Origin: Isurus oxyrinchus
Taxonomy: Eukaryota
Length of the DNA: 64,000 bases
Assembly (NCBI GenBank): GCA_026770705.1
Contig: JANJGN010000071.1
Location: 1,364,001 to 1,428,000 of the forward strand
Direction of reading: 5' to 3'
Shown piece after piece: positions 49,700-62,640 of this stretch; within the stretch, counting starts at the first letter, position 1; each line of letters starts with the position of its first letter. The translations under genes and the position numbers were made by a program. The notes beneath the pieces were generated by a model. It was not told the origin of the DNA. It did not search any database and worked only from the letters and a program-made list of their open reading frames with translations.

Positions 49700-50310
49700 C
49701 TGGTCTGAGTCTCACTCCAGGGAATTCAGTCCCATAATGTAGATCAACGCTCCGTGCTGAGGGAGTGCTGCACTCTCAGAGGGTCAGTAGTGTGGAAGTG
49801 TTGCACTATTGGAGGGACAGTACTGAGGGAGTGCTATACTGTCGGAGGTCAGTACTGAGGGAGTGCTGCTGTGTCGAAGGGTTAGTACTGAAATAGAGCT
49901 GCACTGACGGAGGGACAGTACTGAGGGAGCGCAGCACTATCGAAGGGTTAATACTAAGGGAGTGCTGCAGTGTCAAAGGGTTAGTACTGAGGGAGCGCAA
50001 CAATGTTGAATGAGACATTAAACTGAGTCCCCCGTCTGCCCTCTCGGGCGGGTGTGAAAGATCCCACAGCCACTATTTGGAGGAAGAGCAGGGGGTGTTC
50101 TCCCCGGTGTCCTGGGACCAATATTTATCCCTCACCCAACATCACCAAAAACAGATGATCTAGGCCATGATCACATTGCTATTTGTGGGATCTTGCTGTG
50201 CACAAATCAGCTGCCACATTTCCTACAGTGTGAGTGCACTTCAAAAACATCCTTCAGTGGCTGTGAAATGCTTTGGGATGTGGTGAAAGGCGTTAGAGAA
50301 ATGCAAGTCT
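49700..50310 (+). mobile_element. Deu-domain SINE with internally amplified 33-mer (similar copies ~52120-52770 + and ~43090-43360 -)
   Basis: 33-mers run into GAGACATTAAACTGAG...AAAGATCCCA...GAAGAGCAGGGG...AATATTTATCCCTCA...TGCAAGTCT, which resembles the SacSINE1/AmnSINE1 Deu core and tail (recalled, not aligned). Confidence 0.7.
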
Positions 50311-50409
50311 GTCCTCCTCCCCCTCTCTCTCCTGTACCTCTCTCTCTCTCTCTCCCTCTCCCTCAATCCTCCTCTCACTTTCTCCCTGATAAATTCTTTC
50401 TTTTTGCAG

Positions 50410-50466
50410 GTTGACACTGCTTTAGGTTCTTCGACGATTGAGAAATCTGTGGATTCCCCGGACACG
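50410..50466 (+). CDS. HAMP: Hepcidin-like gene exon 2 (propeptide VDTALGSSTIEKSVDSPDT)
   Basis: Strong polypyrimidine acceptor and gtaggt donor, 57 nt, phase 0-0. Size is similar to HAMP exon 2. Confidence 0.75.
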
Positions 50467-52857
50467 GTAGGTGGAAATTCATTCCTTATTTTAAGGTTTC
50501 TCCCTGCTCGTTTCTTCCACAGAAAGTTTTCTGATTTCAAGCTGATTTCAGTGGCAGTCTGTCTCGGTTATACTCAGGAGGCAGGTTTGAAATCGAACCC
50601 CCCCTCAATTTTTTTGCAAAGCTGGGAAGAGGCAATTCCAAGGAAGTGAACATATCCCCACAGGAATTTTAAATGTAACCCACGCCGGGAATAGTGAGAG
50701 GGAGACTGATCCAGCCTGGGAGTGGGTTAAAGAGAGGCTGGGAGTCGAGAGTCGGAGAGAGGGATGGAATGGGGGAGGGAGGGATTGGAAGAGAGAGACA
50801 GAGAGTGGGACGGGGAGGGGTGAAAGGGAAAGAAAATAGGTGGGAGAGAGTGACAGAGGGAGAAATTAAAGAGATGCAGAGTGAGGGAAAGTGAAAAGGG
50901 AAGAGAGATTGTCCAAGAGAGAGAAATTAACAGGAAAGGGAGAGTTACAGAGTGAGCGAAAGTTACAAAAATAGTGTGAGAGAGAGGGAGAGATACAGAG
51001 TGGGAGAAGGAGACAGGGGAGAGAGAGGGAGAGAGACAGGAAAAGGGAGAGAGGAGAGAAAGATTGGGAGAGAGGGCAATTGAGCGGAAGAGTAGGAGAG
51101 AGAGAGACAGGGAGAGGAGGAGTGGAAGAGAGGAAGAGAGAGAGAGATATGGAGCAGGAGAACACCTCCTCCGGTCCCGATGTTCCTCCAAAATCTCTGA
51201 CATTACTGCATCTCCCGGGTCCCCCTGATTCCCATCGCTCCACCATTGGTGGCCGTGCCTTCAGCTGCCTGGGGCCCTGAGCTCCGGAATACCCTCCCTT
51301 AACCTCTCTGCCTCTCTCTCTCTCTCTCCTTTAAGACGCTCCTTAAAAACTGACATCTTTGACCAAGCTTTTGGTCACCTATCCCTAATATCTCCATATG
51401 TGACTCAGTGTTAGACTTCTCTCTGATTTACGCTCCGGTAATGTGGGCTGGGACATTTTGCAATGTCAGAGGCGCTGTGTAAATGCAAGTTGTGAGTGTT
51501 ATGTGGAAGGGAGACCCCAGGCGGCAGTCAGTGCCAGAGACTGGAGTCATTGTGTGCAGACCGTATCTAATCTCTCCGAATGCACAATCGGTTTGACTGT
51601 CAGCCAAAGCATTTTTGATATTTGATCCTTCTACCTGTTTATAACCAGGCCTACATCAAACACCGAGAGGCTGGTTAATCAACAGACACCTTAGAGGATC
51701 GAGTGAAAGACAAAGAGGACTTGCATTTCTCTATAAAAACAAAGAAAACTGCAGATGCTGGAAAGCCAAAACAAAAACAGAATTACCTGAAAAAACTCAG
51801 CAGGTCTGGCAGCATCGGCAGAGAAGAAAAGAGTTGACGTTTCGAGTCCTCAGAAGGGTCATGAGGACTCGAAACGTCAACTCTTGCATTTCTCTAGCGC
51901 CTTCCAACACATCAGGACGTCCCAAACTGTTTCGCAGACAATCAAGTGCTTTTTTTCTTTCATGTGAGGTCACTGATGTACTGTGGGAAAAGAATCAGCC
52001 ATTGGCGCACAGTAAGATCCCACAGACAGCAGCATGATAATGACCAGCGCGCTCCCAGTACTTGCACTGCAAGTGTCAGTTCAGGGTGTCTGCTCGATTC
52101 TCTGCAACTCTCAGCTCTGAGTTAAAAGGACCACCAGGCATAATTGAGAAATTACCGATTTGTCGGAGGGTCAGTACCAGCGGGGGGGCAGGAGAGTCGG
52201 AGGGTCAGTACTGAGGGGGCGCTGCATTGTCAGACAGTCAGTCTTGGAGTGCTGCATTGTCAGAAGGTCAGTACCGGCGGGGGACTGCACAGTCGGAGGG
52301 TCAGTACTGAGGGGGTGCTGCATTGTCAGACGGTCAGTACTGAGGGAGTGCTGCACAGTCGGAGGGTCAGTACTGAGGGGGTGCTGCACTGTTGAAGGCG
52401 CTGTCTTTCAGATGAGATGTTAAACTGAGACAACATCTGCCCTCTCAGATGGATGTAGAGGATTCCATGGCCACAATTTAAATGAAGTGCGTCAGGAGTT
52501 GGGGGTATGTGTGGAGGGGGTGGTGGGGGGTGGATGGGATGCAGTTATGTCTGCTTTCCTGGGGCAAACATTTATCCCTCAACCGACATTGGTAAAAAAC
52601 TGAAAATCGGGGCCATTATCACATTTCTGTTTGTGGGATCTTGCTGTGCGTGAATTGCCTGCTGCGTTTCCTACATTACAGCGGTGAGCTCACTTCAGAA
52701 AAAGTCCTTCCTTCAGCTGTGGAACACTTTGGGCCATCCCGAGGAGGGGAAAGGCGCTATAGAAATGCGCCATCCTCCTTCCAATGACGCGCCTGATTGA
52801 AATGATGCCTTCTTTCTTTCCGGAATGTTCTCACCTATTGTCCTCCTGCTTTTCCAG

Positions 52858-52974
52858 GGCTCCTTGCTGCAGCGCCAGAAGAGAATGGACAGACAGCAGC
52901 TCTGCAGATTCTGCTGTAACTGCTGTAATTGGAGAGGACCAAATGAGACTTGTGGTCTCTGCTGTAGATATTAG
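52858..52974 (+). CDS. HAMP: Hepcidin-like gene exon 3: GSLLQRQKR / MDRQQLCRFCCNCCNWRGPNETCGLCCRY*
   Basis: Furin site RQKR followed by the hepcidin 8-Cys signature C-xx-CC-x-CC-x(n)-CG-x-CC-xx-stop. Phase-0 acceptor ttttccag. Confidence 0.93.
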   Translation, partial: GSLLQRQKRMDRQQLCRFCCNCCNWRGPNETCGLCCRY

Positions 52975-53279
52975 ACCCTGGCCTCATTCACGCAAGGTCA
53001 TCCTGCACCATGCCACAGCCTCTCCCCTCCTTATCTACTGCTTAGCAATCTATTTCACACAGGCCCTGTTCATTAATTCCAACTGAAACTTTACCTGCGT
53101 TTTACAGCAGGGAAAGGAGCCATTCGGCCCATCTGTTCCATGCTGGAGTTTCTGCTCCACACGAGTCTCCGCCCACCCCTTCTCCATCTCACCCCATCAC
53201 CATATCCTTCTATTCATTTCTCCCTCATGTGTTTATCCAGCTTCCCCTTAAATACATCGACACTATTCACCTCACGTGA

Positions 53280-53433
53280 CTGTGTTTGTGTCTGTCTTTA
53301 TGAGCGTGTGTGTGTGTGTGTGTGTGTGACTGTCAATATGTGTGTGTCAATGTGAATGTGTGTGATTGTGTCAGCGTGTGTGTGTGTATGTGTGACTGTT
53401 AGTGCGTGTCAATGTGAATGTGTGTGATTGTGT

Positions 53434-53464
<31 letters not shown>

Positions 53465-53620
53465 ACTGTGTCAGTGTGTGTCAATGTGAATGAGTGAGTG
53501 TGTCAGTGTGTCTGTGTGGGTGTGTGTGACTGTGTCAGTGTGTGTCAATGTGAATGAGTGAGTGTGTCAGTGTGTCTGTGTGGGTGTGGGTGTGTGAGTG
53601 TGCAAGTGAATGTGTGAGGA
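53280..53620. repeat. (TG)n-rich repeat
   Basis: Low-complexity TG sequence with ~50-70 bp duplications. Confidence 0.85.
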
Positions 53621-55454
53621 ATCTTATGACTAAGTCATTTGAATGGATGTTACTGGGGTTAATGATAGTTAAAATTCAGAGAGATGTAAAGCGGGCTCCT
53701 GATTTTGCTGCTTTATGCTCCCGGGCACAGATTGACCCCGACAATGTGTTCATGATTCACCATCATCTTGTCGGGACTTTAATTGTAAAGATTATGATTT
53801 GTGAAAAAAAATGAATAAACAACTTGTGTCTTCACAAAGTGTCTGGCTTGGTATTTCAGGCTACTTGTCTCTCCCTCACCCTCCCCCCCCACCATGCCCC
53901 CCACACCAGGGAACAATTGTCCCCCCTTCCTCTGAAGTTCTGGGTAAAGATCAGCTTTGTTCAATGCAAGCTGTTCCGACATCGAGAACGTTGTTACAAA
54001 TATCACACAAAGGGCACACGCCATGATAGCCCACTTTCAACAGATTTTACCAGTTGACCAGGTTGAAAACCTTTTCATAAACCACAACGTAGGTGTTCAA
54101 TTCTTGCTGCTGTTTGCTTAATGTTCTCATAACTGCTATAACCTCTCTAGTTCCACTACATAACAACACCAACATAAATAAACAGAAGCAGGAGTAGGCC
54201 TTTTGGCCCCCCAAGCCTGCTTGTCCATTCAATTTGAACCTGGCTCCTGCTGAAAGTTATTTAAGTTGAAGCGATAAAGCCATCAGGTGCAGGGATTAAA
54301 ATGTAAGCAAAGGAAAAATAATACTTAGACATGAGATTTAAAATCAGTTTCTGTGAAGAATCATACTGAGGCCATTGCACTGGATTCCTTCTTTCCAGAG
54401 TGAAGGGTTTAAAACTAGGAGTCACATTCAGCAGCTGCGTTGTCTTCTCTAGTTGACTATTTGGAGGTTGCCTGTAGATGTGAATCAGCAGGTCAGCAGC
54501 TTTGGGGAGTGATTGAAGGTCCCTTTTATTTACAGGATCTGCCACAGGATGTGCAGGAATATTCCTGCTGAATTCTCCATCCTTGCATTCATGAAGGGTT
54601 TGAAACTGGAAGTCATATTCAGCAGCTGCAATGGCCTCTGTAGCCAACTGTCTGGAGGTTGCCTGTACAGGTGGACTCGGCATGTCAACAGCTTTGTAGG
54701 GCGGGGGGGTGCACGGGTAGTAAAGGTTCCTTTACTTTAAAGGCTCTGCCAGTGCAACACTTGATGATCCTGGGTCAAAATCATGTATCACCCTCCCCAA
54801 CAGCACTGTGGATGTGCCCTATGGAGGTTCCTTGGCTTCGACAAGCAGCCTACCAGCTCTGCTCTCAATTCCTCTTCACACTTGCTTCCTTCCTCCTCTG
54901 GTCTTTACTTTGTTATAGTGTTAGTGTCCGCTCTGCCTTTTTTGTTGCTTTCCCAATTCTTCCCACCAACTCTCTCTGGCTTGATCCTGCTCTGTGCTCA
55001 TCTCATTGGTTTGGGTTTCTATACGTTCATTGACCTGGTGTCATCTGAAACTGGTGCAATCAGGTAGGGGTGGGGGGGTTGGCGCTGGCCGTGGGTGGTG
55101 ATACACGGCTACCTTTTTACCAAAATTCTTTCACGGGATGTGGACAGCGTTTGTTACCTGTTCCTGACTGAGCCCTGGAGAAGGGGGTGCTGAGCTGCCT
55201 TTTCGAAGTGCTGCAGTTCACCTGGTTTGACTGGTCTGTGGCGGGTTTTGATATAACTCAGTGGCTTGCTCGGCCATTTCAGGGGCCAGTTAAGAGTCAA
55301 CCACATTGCTGTGGGTCAGGAGTCACACGTAGGCCAGAATGGGTAAGGACGGCAGGTTTCCTTCCCCAAAGGGCATTAGTGACCCAGATGGGTTTTTGTA
55401 ACAATTGGCCTTAGTTTCATGGTCACCATTACTGAGACTAGCTTCGCATTCCAG

Positions 55455-57430
55455 ATGTCACATCCAGTCGTGGACAATTAAACAACTCACTGGAGGAGGA
55501 GTCTCCACAAATATCCCCATCCTCAATGATGGAGGAGCCCAGCACACCAGTGCAAAAGACAAGACTGAAGCATGCGCAACAATCTTCAGCCAGAAGTGCT
55601 GAGTGGGTGATCCATCTCGGCCTCCTCCTGAGGTCCCCAGCATCACAGATGCCAATCTTTAGCCAATTCGATTAATTCCACGTGATATCAAGGAAGGGCT
55701 GAAGGCACTGGATATTGCAAAGGCTCCAGGCCCTGACATTATTCCGGCAATAGTACTGAAGACTTGTGCTCCAGAACTTGCTGCGCCCCTAGCCAAGCTT
55801 TTCTGGAATTTTCTAGTACAGCTGCAACACTGGCAACTACCCGGCTATGGGGTACGTCCTGTACACAAAAAGCAGGACAAATCCAACCCAGCCAATTCCC
55901 CAGCAGTCTATTCTTGATCATTACTAAAGTGATGGAAGGGGTCATCAACAGCGCTTGCAAGCAGCACCTGCTTACCAAGAACCTGCTCACTGACGCTCAG
56001 TTTGTGTTCCACCAGGATCATTCAGCTCCTGGCCTCATTACAGCCTTGGTTCAAACATGCACAAATGAGCTGAACTCCAGAGGTGAGGTGAGAGTGACTG
56101 TCCTTGACATCAAGGCAGCATTTGACTGAGTGTGGCAAAACAAGGAGCCCGAGCAAAACTGGAGTCAATGGGAATCGGGGGAAAACTCTCCGCTGCTTGG
56201 AGTCATACCCAGCACAAAGGACGATGGTTGTGATTATTGGGGGTCAATCATCTCAGTTCCAGGACATCACTGCAGGAGTTACTCAGGGTAGTGTCCTAGG
56301 CTCAAACATCTTCAGCTGCTTCATCAATGACCTTCCTTCCATCATAAGGTCAGAAGTGGGGATATTTGCTGATGTTTGCACAATGTTCAGCACCATTCAC
56401 GGCTCCTCAGATACTGAAGCAAGTTATGTCCAAATGCAGCAAGACCTGGACAACATCCAGGCTTGGGCTGACAGGTGACAAGTAACATTCATGCCACACA
56501 AGTGCCAGGCAATGACCAGCTCCAACAAGAGAGAATCTAACTGAAGGCGCAGAAAATTTGGATTTATTTTAAAGAGCCAGCCAGGACCAGCAGCTAGGGT
56601 GACAAAGCGTACACAGACAATCACATCCTTACGTGAAAGCTAAAAACCTGTACAGAGGGCTCAGCTGGAAATTTGCAATGAGGAAATGGGAGACACACAC
56701 ACAAGGACACAGGGTGACTCAATCAAGAATTGGGGAAGGTTATTTCACACCGTCCGATGGCCTTGAACCACATCCAGTCAGCCTCCGGAAACCTTTTGTA
56801 TCGAACAAACATAGATTCTTTGCTGTCTCAAAAGGACAATAGCCAGTCTCTGCCCTGTAATTACTGTACAAGAACACAATTATCAGCCCACCGGAGGGTC
56901 ATTGTGCTGTGGCCTTTGTCTAACTAATACCATTACCTTGTAACTGAGAGTAAAAAATATATAAACTGTGCTCATTTGAACTTCGGTGGAGAAGTGCCTG
57001 GACTGCTCAGCGTTTGCTCCCCACATGCCTAATAAAGGAACCACTTGAATATTGCATCTGGAGTCCGAGTGTTGACATTTTGTACCAGAATATCCCACAG
57101 ACCATTCATAACCATCGCCCCTTGGCATTCAATGGCATTACCATCACTGAATCCCCCAATATCAACATCCTGGGAGTTACCATTGAGCAGAAACTGAACT
57201 GGACCAGCCATATAAACACTGTGGCTGCAAGAGCAGGTCAGAGGCTGGGAACCCTGCAGACAGTAACTCACCTCCTGACTCCCCAAATCCTGTCCACCAT
57301 CTACAACGCACAAGTCAGGAGTGTGATGGAATACTCTCCACATGCCTGGATGAGTGCAGCTCCAACAACACTCAAGAAGCTTGACACCATCCAGGACAAA
57401 GCAGCCCGATTGATTGGCTCCCCTTCCACA
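55455..57430 (+). mobile_element. HER1/CR1-clade LINE ORF2 fragment, interrupted by a solo LTR
   Basis: RT motifs VTVLDIKAAFD, ITAGVTQGSVLG, IFADVCT and INILGVTIEQKLNW, with stops and frameshifts. Confidence 0.88.
56542..57108 (+). mobile_element. ERV-like solo LTR with 4-bp TSD (TAAC)
   Basis: TGAAGG...CATTCA termini, TAAC at 56538-56541 and 57109-57112, internal TATATAAA (~56958) and AATAAA (57031). The LINE rejoins across it. Confidence 0.82.
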
Positions 57431-58919
57431 GAGCTAGATAGATTCTTGATTAACAATGGGGTGAAAGGTCATTGGGGGTAGGCAGGAATGTGAGGTTGAG
57501 GTGACAATCAGATCAGCCATGATCTTACTGAATGGCGGAGCAGGTTCGAGGGACTGAGTGACCTACTCCTGATCCTAACTCAGATATCCATATGTTCTCA
57601 AAGGCAAATGGGGATGGGCAACAAATACTGGCCTAGTCAGCGACACCAACATCCCTGAAATGAATAAGAAAAAAATGTATCAATCAATTAAATTTATTGA
57701 TTAATCGAATCTAAATTCCTCCAGCTGCCGTGGTGGGATTTGAACCCGTACCTCCAAAGCATTCACCTGGGCCTCTGGATCACTGGCCTAGTGCCATTCC
57801 CATTGTGCGACTGTCTGCTATCATCATGGCTCTTTCACATCGATGTGGAAGTCCTGATAACAGAAGCATTGGACGAGGTACAGAAAGGTGTCAGATCAGG
57901 AGCTCCATTGCTCAATATGAACGGATAATAAAGATAAATGAACATAAACCTTCCAGTCGCTAATTAGGGAGTCACTGTGGAGCCCATGAGTCCCTCGCAG
58001 CGCTATTGCAACCTTCTGGATCCCCAGTAGGGGACTCGGGGTGCAGCTGTGTCTTCCTCATCATTTGGAAAAGCCGGAATTGTTCGGGTGCCCCTTCAAA
58101 CAGGCCAAAGATGCAGTGGGTGATGTCTCCCACAGGCCCTGGGAGACCTCCCCTGCCAATTTGTTTTGTAGCTTATTCTTCAACTGCGACATTGGATCAG
58201 CTTGAAAAAGGGTGAGGCTGAGGCAATACCACCAGGTAAGCGTCTATCCCCTCCCACTTCACCCCCCCCACCCCCGTAACCATCACAGTCCCTCCCATCG
58301 TGCTGGAGGAGCATAATGTGCACATTCCCCTCCTTCCAATCAGTCTCCTCCCTTCCTCTCTAATCCTTGATCTTATTGTGTTGGGGGTTGACATGCCAGT
58401 CCTCCTCCCTAGACTGTCTGATGTTGACATCCCAATGCCCCATGTAGACCTGACCTCTCTCCAACTAGAGGCCCATTGTACTGTGACTTACAGAGACCAC
58501 CGGCCCCCCTCGATTCCCACCCCCACCCCTACTCTCTATATTACCTGCTCCCCACTGACAGGCTGCAGATGCCTCCCCTGACTGGGATTGTGCCACCTGC
58601 GGCCTAGTATCAAGCCACCCACCCCCAGGATGGACGTGTGTGAGCGACTGACCACGTCCTGCACACCATGCTGGGCACGACCAACCCAGGACTGCCAGGC
58701 TGTCCCCACCACACTGGACTGGGCCTAGAATAGGCGTGCCAAGCACAGCTCTCTAAATCGTGGCGCAGACCCACAGCACTCGCAATGTTTTGTGGCCCGA
58801 ATCCTTGCTGAGGAACTGCCCAGCACTAAAATCAAAAAAACTGCAAATGCTGGAAATCCAAAACAGAAACAGAAATACCTGGAAAAACTCAGCAGGTCTG
58901 GCAGCATCGGCGGAGAAGA

Positions 58920-59370
58920 ACTGAGGGAGTGCGGCACTGTCGGAGATTCAGTACTGAGGGAGTGCTGCACTGTCGGAGGGTCTGAGCTGAGGGAGTGCTG
59001 CACTGTCGGAGGCTCTGAACTGAGGGAGTGCTGCACTGTCGGAGGGTTTGAACTGAGGGAGAGCTGCACTGTCGGAGGGTTTGAACTGAGGGAGTGCTGC
59101 ACTGTCGGATGGTTTGAACTGAGAGAGTGCTGCACTGTCGGAGGTTCTGAACTGAGGGAGTGCTGCACTGTCTGAGGGTTTGAACTGAGGGAGTGCTGCA
59201 CAGTCGGAGGGTCTGAACTGAGGGAGTGCTGCACTGTCGGAGGGTTTGAACTGAGGGAGTGCTGCATTGTCGGAGGGTCTGATCTGAAGGAGTGCTGCAC
59301 TGTAGGAGGGTCTGAACTGAGGGAGTGCTGCGCTGTTGGAGGGTCAGTACTGAGGGAGTGCTGCGCTGTC
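58920..59370 (+). repeat. 33-bp minisatellite (TGAACT variant)
   Basis: Tandem GAGGGAGTGCTGCACTGTCGGAGGGTTTGAACT. Confidence 0.9.
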
Positions 59371-60079
59371 TAAAGAACATTGTACAAATTGCACAAAATT
59401 GCATCTGATGCCTGTGTCTCATGCTAACATGAAGTTCATGCACACAACAGGAATATTTCTCGCTGTTTCTCTGCAGCAAGACAGCTTTGATATCACACCA
59501 GCCACTGGCAAATGTGTGCAGCTACAATGTGACATGTTTACATTGGAAATTTCTATTATAAAGATGGACAGAGGAATTCATCTGATTGGAAAACGTGACA
59601 ACATGAAGTAATGTCTTTGAGCCAAGAATTTTGCAGCAAAATAAGAATTTTAATCTTTAAATATCTACAGAACAGGCTGAGCATTTTAATCACTTGAGTT
59701 AATCAATGTAATTTTATTCATAAGCCAAATGCTTCTTACAATCTATCGCAGCATGAAAAAGGTGCAGCATTCAGAAAGCACATTCCAATCAGAGAACAGA
59801 GTTTAGCAACGTCACATTTCTGTTCATTCCTATTCGACCATGTTGGCTGCACACAGCCAGACAATGCTGTGGTTATGATGTGTCCACACAGCAGGACTGG
59901 GGAGCACCAGGTATAAGGAAAGGTTTCAGCTTGCTGAGGAGAAGAAGGAGAATCTCTCGTTCCAGGTTTCTCTCCGTACATTAAGAAGCAGGCATGCCGA
60001 TGTTTCATTGCACTCTGTCTGCTGATGGGAGTCCGCTTGGAAATTGCTGTTTGTGCTGATGGAAAGAATAAGCTTTTCA

Positions 60080-60690
60080 TAAATTGAGGGATTGAGTACA
60101 AACACAGGGAGGTTATGCTGAACATTTATAAAGCTCTGGTTAGGTCACAACTAGAGTATTGTGTCCAGTTCTGGTCTCCTCACTTTGGGAAGGAAGTGAG
60201 GGTCCTTGAGAGGGTGGGGAGGAGATTGAGCAGAATGGGTCCAGGGATGAGGGATTTTAGCTACAAGGTTGGGTTGGAGAAGCTGGGGTTGTTCTCCTTG
60301 GAACAAAGGAGATTGAGGGGGGATCTGATCGAGGTGTACAAGATGATGATGGGTTTAGATACGGTAGACGAAGAGAAGCTGTAGCCATTAGCTGATGGTA
60401 CAAGGACTGGGGGACACAGATTGAAGGTTGTGGGCAGAGGGGGGATGTGAGGAGGAACTTCTTTACACAGCGAGTGGTAATGAGCTGGAACTCGCTGCCT
60501 ACGAGGATGGTGGAAGCGGAGACGATGAACGATTTCAAAAGGAAATTGGTTGGACACTTGAGGGGAAATAAACTCACAGGGATACGGGGACAGAGCGGGG
60601 GAATGGGACTGACTGGATTGCTCTACAGAGAGACAGCATGGACTCAATGGGCTGAATGGGCTCCCACTGTGCTGGAATGCCTCTCTGATA
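60080..60690 (+). mobile_element. CR1-clade LINE 3' fragment
   Basis: YKALVRSQLEYCVQFWSP, LGLFSLEQRRLRGDLIEVYK and FFTQRVV..WNSLP. Confidence 0.88.
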
Positions 60691-60795
60691 CGAAGGTGAT
60701 TCTAACCAGGGCACTGACCAATTTCATTACAACTTAACCCAACATCACACGTTATTTGTCCGCACTGACTGACCAGATTGTTGCTGTACAAAGCT

Positions 60796-60935
60796 TCAAA
60801 CAGTCTGTCGACTTCCTTTCACTGTTTGTCTCTCCCAGACACAGACTCCAGCAATAGTGATAACCACAGCCACAAGGAATATCACAGCTCGTATTCCCAG
60901 GATCAGGATCACGTGCAGAATCTCTCCTCCACTGT
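60796..60935 (-). CDS. Gene C transmembrane + short tail exon, activating type (YSGGEILHVILILGIRAVIFLVAVVITIAGVCVWERQTVKGSRQTV*)
   Basis: ttctctag acceptor, phase 1, in frame with the Ig exon at 62641-62922. Hydrophobic helix contains Arg and is followed by a ~12-aa tail without Tyr. Confidence 0.85.
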
Positions 60936-62640
60936 CTAGAGAACACACAGAAAGAAATCATCACTGACTCTCCGCTTTCAATCTCTCACTCTGGCTGAAC
61001 AATCAAGCTTCATATCACTACAACATTTGCTGTAATATTGACCCATCCACTGGGATTCAATGTGGAATGAATGTTTTCATTGTAAACACTCTAAGAGTGG
61101 ACAATCGGAACTTTCCCCTTAGCGTGGAACATTGGTGAGAATGGATCATTGTGCTGTTGGACTCCCTGTCCAATGTTTCTCTCCATCGCTGTGTACAGGA
61201 TTGTGCTGTAGAAAATTCTGGAAACGTTTAGTGCAGCGTGGAAATCCATCTCGGACGCGTGTGCGAATCGGGCAGGATCGAGATGGACTCCCTCACGGAC
61301 TTACTCACCCCGCTTAATAAACAGTTCCAATCTTTACCCAGAGAGAGGGGAGAATGTGGAACTCGCTCCCACAGGGAGTGGTTGAGGTGAACAGTATCGA
61401 TGTATTTAAGGGGCAGGAGGGTCGGTAACCAGAGGGACACAGATTGACGAACCGGAGGGGGAGATGAGGAGAATTTGTTTTGATAGAGCGAGTTGTTGTG
61501 ATCTGGAAGGTGCTGCCTGAAAGGGCGGTGGAAGCAGATTCAATAGGAACTTTCAAAAGGGAAATTGGATTAACACTTGAAGGAGGAAGATGGGGGCAAA
61601 GTGGAGTGGTGGTTAGTGGATCTGATTGGATAGAACATTGAAAGACCTGGCACAGGCACAATGGGCTGAATGGCCTCCTCCTGTGCTGTATCATTCTCCG
61701 CTTCTATGATCTCTCCCCCAGTTAGTAACCGCTCCAGATCCCTCTTGAAGGCAACAGAGAGACAGCAACCACCACACCCACTGACAGCACATTCCCGAGG
61801 ATCCCTACTCTCTGGGAAAAGATGAACTCCCCAACATCCAGCCTATTCCTGCTTCCTGGAGAGTGTAAACCCTTCCCAGAGCGCGGATGAATCTTTCAAT
61901 AAACTGTATTATCAAATCTACCATTTGATATATAAGTTAATTTCGATGAACTTACAGCATGTGTTGCAAATTGTGAAGTGAAGTTGGCTGAAAAGCTGGG
62001 AGGTGCAAGGTTAAGCACCACAGTGCCATCACTGGTGGGAGGATGTAAAGACAGTGTGACGTTTACATATGTTGCCCCCATTATAAACAGGGTCATTGGA
62101 CATGATGGCAAAACTGAACACTGGAAAGGTGAGAAAATGAAGTAAGCTCTTCACTAACAGGAAATCCCTTCCTAAACTTCCTTATCTCTCCCTTTCTCTC
62201 AGATACACAAAAAATTTGTCACAGGGCATTATAAGGAGGAGTTAGGACAGGCAAGAGTTACGGATTAGGAAGCTTCTTAAAGGAGGAGAGAGATACACGG
62301 AGAGGTGGGGAGTATCAGTTGGAATCTTTGTGCATGTGAGTTTCTGGAATAGACTTTGTAATTTGGATATTCTTCGATAAATATGAATGGGAACACATAT
62401 CCCAGAATCCAGGAGAACTCTCCAGTGCAGTACTGAGGGAGGTCAGGTAACTCACAAGGGAGTGTGTACTACTGAGTTAGTGTGTGAGTGTGTCTTTCTG
62501 TGTGCTCATGAGTGTGGGATTGTGTGTGTGCATGCACTTTGGGTCTGTACATTTGTGAGTGCTTGTGTGTGTGTGCGTGGGAGAGCATCTGAATATTTGT
62601 GTTTGGAGATGAGAGAAATATTAAAGTCTGTGTAACTCAC

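Noticed and set aside
54261-54700. 140-aa minus-strand ORF over a ~190-bp diverged direct repeat
   Set aside because: The two repeat copies read in different frames, and there is no recognisable domain or convincing splice structure.
59736-60125. 129-aa ORF downstream of gene C (copy at 13977-14249) as a cytoplasmic exon
   Set aside because: The gene C TM exon already has a stop codon, the ORF begins inside a CR1 fragment, and its end matches gene B's 3' UTR. It is most likely untranslated.
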